NCBI GenBank assembly: GCA_963769935.1
Contig: CAVYNY010000022.1
Location: 640,001 to 704,000, forward strand
Source: an uncultured delta proteobacterium
GTDB taxonomy: Bacteria; Desulfobacterota; Desulfobacteria; Desulfobacterales; JAFDCJ01
Length of the DNA stretch: 64,000 bases
Reading direction: 5' to 3'
The notes beneath the pieces were generated by a model, which made no database searches, was not told the origin of the DNA, and was given only the letters and a program-made list of their open reading frames with translations. A program made the translations under genes and the position numbers. This document shows, one piece after another, positions 60,182-64,000 of this stretch; positions within the stretch are counted from its first letter, which is position 1, and each line of letters begins with the position of its first letter.

Positions 60182-61420
60182 ATGCTAAGTGAAAAGGAAA
60201 AGCTGGATGCCCTGACACGTCTGGGAGTCGACCTCAATCAGATCCAGGATCTGGATATATTAATGGAAAGCATCCTTACCGAAGCCCGGCGCTTTGTCAA
60301 CGCCGATGCCGGCTCAATTTACATCCGGGACAAAGACCTGCTTCATTTCACATACACCCAAAATGATACGCTGCAAGGAAGATTAGGAGAGGGGCGGAAG
60401 CTGATATATTCCACCTTTAGGATTCCCATAAACGGCAACAGCATTGCAGGTTTTTCGGCCGAATCCGGTCGACCGCTAAACCTGCCCGATGTTTATCGTA
60501 TTGATCCGACCTGCCCGTATCGTTTTGATAAAGAATTCGATGATACGGCCGCTTACATCACGCGCTCGGTTTTAACCATACCCCTGCAGACCTCCAAAGG
60601 CGAATTACTCGGGATTCTTCAGATTATCAACGCCCAGGACGAGAACCTGAATGTTATCCCCTTCACTTTCACAGACGAAAAAATGATGATGCACTTTGCC
60701 AGCATCGCAGCTGTTGCCTTGGCCCGTGCTCAGATGACCCGCGCCATGTTACTGCGGATGATGAAAATGGCCGAGATGCGGGATCCCAAAGAAACAGGCA
60801 CGCATGTGAACCGGGTTGGGGGCTACGCCGTCGAAATCTATGAAAAATGGGCCCGCCGCCACCAGGTATTGCAAAAAGATATTGATAAAAACCGTGATAT
60901 GCTGCGCATGGCGGCCATGCTCCATGATGTCGGCAAGGTTGCCATATCCGATCTGGTTTTAAAAAAACCCGGTCGATTAAATAAAGACGAGTTTGAAACG
61001 ATGAAACTGCACACCGTTTCAGGTGCGCGTTTATTCTTGGGTCGGCAGTCCGACTTTGATGCCGCCGCCGCCCAGGTGGCCTTAACCCACCATGAACGGT
61101 GGGATGGCAGCGGTTATCCCGGGTATTTTGATATCACTGCTGATAAACCAGTTAACGGGTACGCCAAAGACGACGGTTCGGCCAGGGGTAAAAGGGGTGA
61201 TGAAATTCCAATCTACGGTCAAATCGTCGCCCTGGCCGATGTTTATGACGCGCTTTCCAGCCGGAGGGTGTACAAGGACGCCTGGGATGAATCGAAGGTT
61301 CTGGATCAAATTCAAGCAGGTGCCGGCCATCATTTTAATCCGGAACTGGTGGAAATCTTCTTTTCCTGCCTCGATGTTCTGCGGTCTATTCAAAAAAGGT
61401 ACCCCGACGATTCTCTTTGA
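60182..61420 (+). CDS. GAF + HD-GYP c-di-GMP phosphodiesterase
   Basis: GAF (ADAGSIY, SVLTIPL, GILQIIN); ETGTHVNRV, LHDVGK, HHERWDGSGYPG, LADVYDAL. Confidence 0.92.
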   Translation: MLSEKEKLDALTRLGVDLNQIQDLDILMESILTEARRFVNADAGSIYIRDKDLLHFTYTQNDTLQGRLGEGRKLIYSTFRIPINGNSIAGFSAESGRPLNLPDVYRIDPTCPYRFDKEFDDTAAYITRSVLTIPLQTSKGELLGILQIINAQDENLNVIPFTFTDEKMMMHFASIAAVALARAQMTRAMLLRMMKMAEMRDPKETGTHVNRVGGYAVEIYEKWARRHQVLQKDIDKNRDMLRMAAMLHDVGKVAISDLVLKKPGRLNKDEFETMKLHTVSGARLFLGRQSDFDAAAAQVALTHHERWDGSGYPGYFDITADKPVNGYAKDDGSARGKRGDEIPIYGQIVALADVYDALSSRRVYKDAWDESKVLDQIQAGAGHHFNPELVEIFFSCLDVLRSIQKRYPDDSL

Positions 61421-61505
61421 CAACAGGTTAAACTTCATATTCGTTATTTGCGCCGGTCTGCTTTTATGGTTTGCCAGCGGCCTGAAATATTGAGTCAAAT
61501 AACGT

Positions 61506-61533
61506 TTGACAATCTTCCAATGTGGTGTAAACT
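61506..61533 (+). promoter_or_regulatory. Putative sigma70 promoter
   Basis: TTGACA-N16-TAAACT. Confidence 0.5.
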
Positions 61534-61611
61534 GATTATGATCTCAAAGGGTTGGGATCGAATAACTCCCGGTGGGACAACATATTCTTAAACCGATATT
61601 GGTCGAAACTT

Positions 61612-63579
61612 ATGAAGCTAAAGCACCTTATTTTATTTTTTGGGGTCATATTTATGGTCTGCTCCTGTGCCGGCAAATCCGGGGTGCCCCCGGAGTCTGT
61701 CCCGGCTGAAAAAGGAGACGCGCTTTTTACCAGAGCTGAAGATCTGTTCGGCGCCGGGTCTTACGATGAGGCCTTGGCCCTGTACGATGAGTATTTAAGG
61801 CTATATGAGAAAGCACCGCTGGCGGCAGCGGCGTTGATGAAGATCGGGTATATTCAGGCGGTTAACGGTGATTTCGAAGCGTCCCGGGCTGCTTACCGTC
61901 GGATTGGATCCGAGTATCCCGCCAGTTCCTTTGTCCAGGATGCGCTGGTTGAAGAACTTTCTACTTATTACCAGCAAGGGCGATACGGGGATGTTATCCA
62001 ACTTGCCCCCGCTGCGCTCCAGCGCATCGATTCCAACCTGCATTTTTTTAGAACCTATGCCCTCATCGGGGATACTTATCTGGCGCTGGGCGCTCCCATC
62101 GACGCCATCGATTACTACGCCCGGGCCCAGGAGTATGCATCCGAGCTCGAACAGGAGCCCATTAAAGCCAAACTTAAGGAGGCTATCGCCCAGCTCGATA
62201 CGGCCGATATAAGGATTCTTGTCGATCATCCGGATGAGAGTCTGCCGATGGACTATCTGCTGTATCAGTTGGGCCTGAACTATGCCCTGGCAGAAAAATA
62301 CGACGAGGCCTTAACCATCTTGGCCGAGTTTAATAATCGATATCCCGCCAGTGAAAATCGAAATTTGGTTGCCAGCCTGATCGATGAGATCAAAAAAAAT
62401 GCCGTTTTCAATCGCAATACCATCGGTGTCCTGTTGCCGCTGAGCGGTTCCTATGAGGCGTTCGGGCAGCGGGCTCTGAAAGGAATCGAGCTGGCCCTGG
62501 GCCGGTTCAGTTCCCAAAGCGATAACCCGCCGATCAATATCATTGTCAAAGACACCGAAGCCGATCCGGATAAAACGGTTAGGGCAATGGAGGAACTAAA
62601 TCAAAATCAGGTTGCCGCCATTCTCGGGCCCATTGTCAACTCAGAAATTGCCGCCCGTGAAGCCCAAAAAATGGGGATTCCCATTATTACTTTGACCCAG
62701 AAGGATAATATCCCGGAAATTGGCGACAAGGTATTTAGAAATTTTATCACTCCCAAAATGCAGGTGCAGGCCATTGCTTCCTTTGCAGTTGAAACTCTGG
62801 GATTGTATCGCTTTGCGATTCTTTATCCTGATGAAACCTATGGCATTACTTTCATGAATCTTTTTTGGGACGAATTGATAGAATTGGGCGGCAAGGTGGT
62901 CGGGGTGGAAGCATACAAACCGCAAAGCACCGATTTTACCGATCCCATTAAAAAACTTATCGGGCTTTATTATGACGTGCCCGAAGACCTCAAGTCGGAA
63001 AACGGTTTAACCGGAAGCCGGGATGAAGGCGATGCGTCAAGGAGTTCCGACGACCCAACCCGGGCGGCGGCTGATGAAAAGGCCCAAGCGCAGGAGCCGC
63101 AACCCATTGTCGATTTCGATGCCATTTTTATCCCTGATTCACCCGGAAAAGCCGGCCTGATAGTTCCCCAGTTGGCATATTTTGACATTAAGGATGTTTA
63201 TCTGCTTGGCACCAACCTTTGGCATTCCGATTCTTTGATAAAAATAGCCGACCAGTATGTTCAGGGCGCTATAATGCCGGATGGATATTTCGGCGAAAGT
63301 GATTCACCAATCGTGCAAGAATTTGTCAAAGCTTTTGAGGAGACTTATCAGGAAAAGCCTGATTATATCGAGGCGGTAGTGTATGATTCCGCCATGATAC
63401 TGTTTCAGGCGGTCAGCCGCTCCCACATTCGATACCGCAACGATATAAGGGATGAGCTGCTCGGTCTGGATAATTTCCCGGGAGTCACCGGCATCACCCG
63501 TTTCGATGAAAACGGTGAGGCCCAAAAAAAGATGTATTTATTAAGAATAAAAGGCAAGCGGTTTGTGGAGCTGAAATAA
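61612..63579 (+). CDS. Penicillin-binding protein activator lipoprotein (LppC/LpoA-like)
   Basis: Lipobox-like VCSC; TPR repeats; IGVLLPLSG; DFDAIFIPD..QL; periplasmic-binding-protein fold. Confidence 0.85.
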   Translation: MKLKHLILFFGVIFMVCSCAGKSGVPPESVPAEKGDALFTRAEDLFGAGSYDEALALYDEYLRLYEKAPLAAAALMKIGYIQAVNGDFEASRAAYRRIGSEYPASSFVQDALVEELSTYYQQGRYGDVIQLAPAALQRIDSNLHFFRTYALIGDTYLALGAPIDAIDYYARAQEYASELEQEPIKAKLKEAIAQLDTADIRILVDHPDESLPMDYLLYQLGLNYALAEKYDEALTILAEFNNRYPASENRNLVASLIDEIKKNAVFNRNTIGVLLPLSGSYEAFGQRALKGIELALGRFSSQSDNPPINIIVKDTEADPDKTVRAMEELNQNQVAAILGPIVNSEIAAREAQKMGIPIITLTQKDNIPEIGDKVFRNFITPKMQVQAIASFAVETLGLYRFAILYPDETYGITFMNLFWDELIELGGKVVGVEAYKPQSTDFTDPIKKLIGLYYDVPEDLKSENGLTGSRDEGDASRSSDDPTRAAADEKAQAQEPQPIVDFDAIFIPDSPGKAGLIVPQLAYFDIKDVYLLGTNLWHSDSLIKIADQYVQGAIMPDGYFGESDSPIVQEFVKAFEETYQEKPDYIEAVVYDSAMILFQAVSRSHIRYRNDIRDELLGLDNFPGVTGITRFDENGEAQKKMYLLRIKGKRFVELK

Positions 63580-63707
63580 TTGTAAATTGAATATTGTAAA
63601 TTGAATATTTAAGGTACGCCTGCGGCGAATCGATTTTAAGAATTCATTAAAAAGATTAAGCGAAGCGACATCCATAAATATTCAATATTCAATTTACAAT
63701 ATTCAAT
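63579..63707. repeat. ATTGAAT-ended palindromic intergenic element, best-preserved copy
   Basis: 22-bp perfect inverted repeat 63586-63607 / 63686-63707; internal GCGAAGCGACATCC core. Confidence 0.85.
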
Positions 63708-64000
63708 CATCCTGGATTCTTCAACGACCCCTGACCGGTTGCCTCGAGGGTGCTGCGCCATAGACTGCCCCCCGGATTTATCTGCTTTCGTTTTTCGGCA
63801 ATCAATTTCATCGGCACATGGACAAACTGGTTGTTCCAATGACCGATGAGCATACTCGTTTTGCCGGCCATGCCGGCATGCACGGCGTTGCGGCCTAAAA
63901 AGCTGCAAAATACGCGATCATTGGCATTGGCAGGCAGGCTCCGGATCATATAGCTGGGATCGATGTATTTAATAGAGATTTCAATTCCTTTTTCCGCAAA
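63707..64000 (-). CDS. pfkA: 6-phosphofructokinase, C-terminal part only
   Basis: [37 protein letters not shown]. Confidence 0.9.
   Translation of the reverse strand, partial: FAEKGIEISIKYIDPSYMIRSLPANANDRVFCSFLGRNAVHAGMAGKTSMLIGHWNNQFVHVPMKLIAEKRKQINPGGSLWRSTLEATGQGSLKNPG

Overview
This 64-kb window is mostly core chromosome from a bacterium whose gene content suggests Desulfobacterales (Desulfobacterota); that taxonomy is an inference. It carries leuCD, ilvBN, ugd, rmlA, ileS-lspA, holA, moaA, gpgS, cobA/hemD-hemC, gmhA, selA, rmlB, pyrF, phoH-7TM/HD-ybeY-pdxJ-nnr-tsaE-lysC, cvpA-mazG, a class II aldolase, an LppC-like lipoprotein and a partial pfk. Signalling genes include PilZ, CheD-HDOD, degenerate GGDEF-TPR and GAF-HD-GYP. 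I found no rRNA, tRNA, CRISPR array, transposase or integrase. Four housekeeping genes (leuC, ugd, selA, rmlB) carry six 1-nt frameshifts, probably sequencing errors. The best leads are: (1) a ~117-nt structured ncRNA after mazG that resembles the skipping-rope motif as I recall it; (2) a full-length PdxJ with several catalytic or substrate-binding residues replaced; (3) an apparently inactive M20 peptidase coupled to glucosyl-3-phosphoglycerate synthase; (4) sigma28-type promoters upstream of a 788-aa unknown protein and a DVU0524/FlaG-like pair; and (5) many intergenic palindromes built from 7-9-mer tandem repeats, including a dispersed REP/MITE-like family. All family calls come from motif recognition, without database searches.
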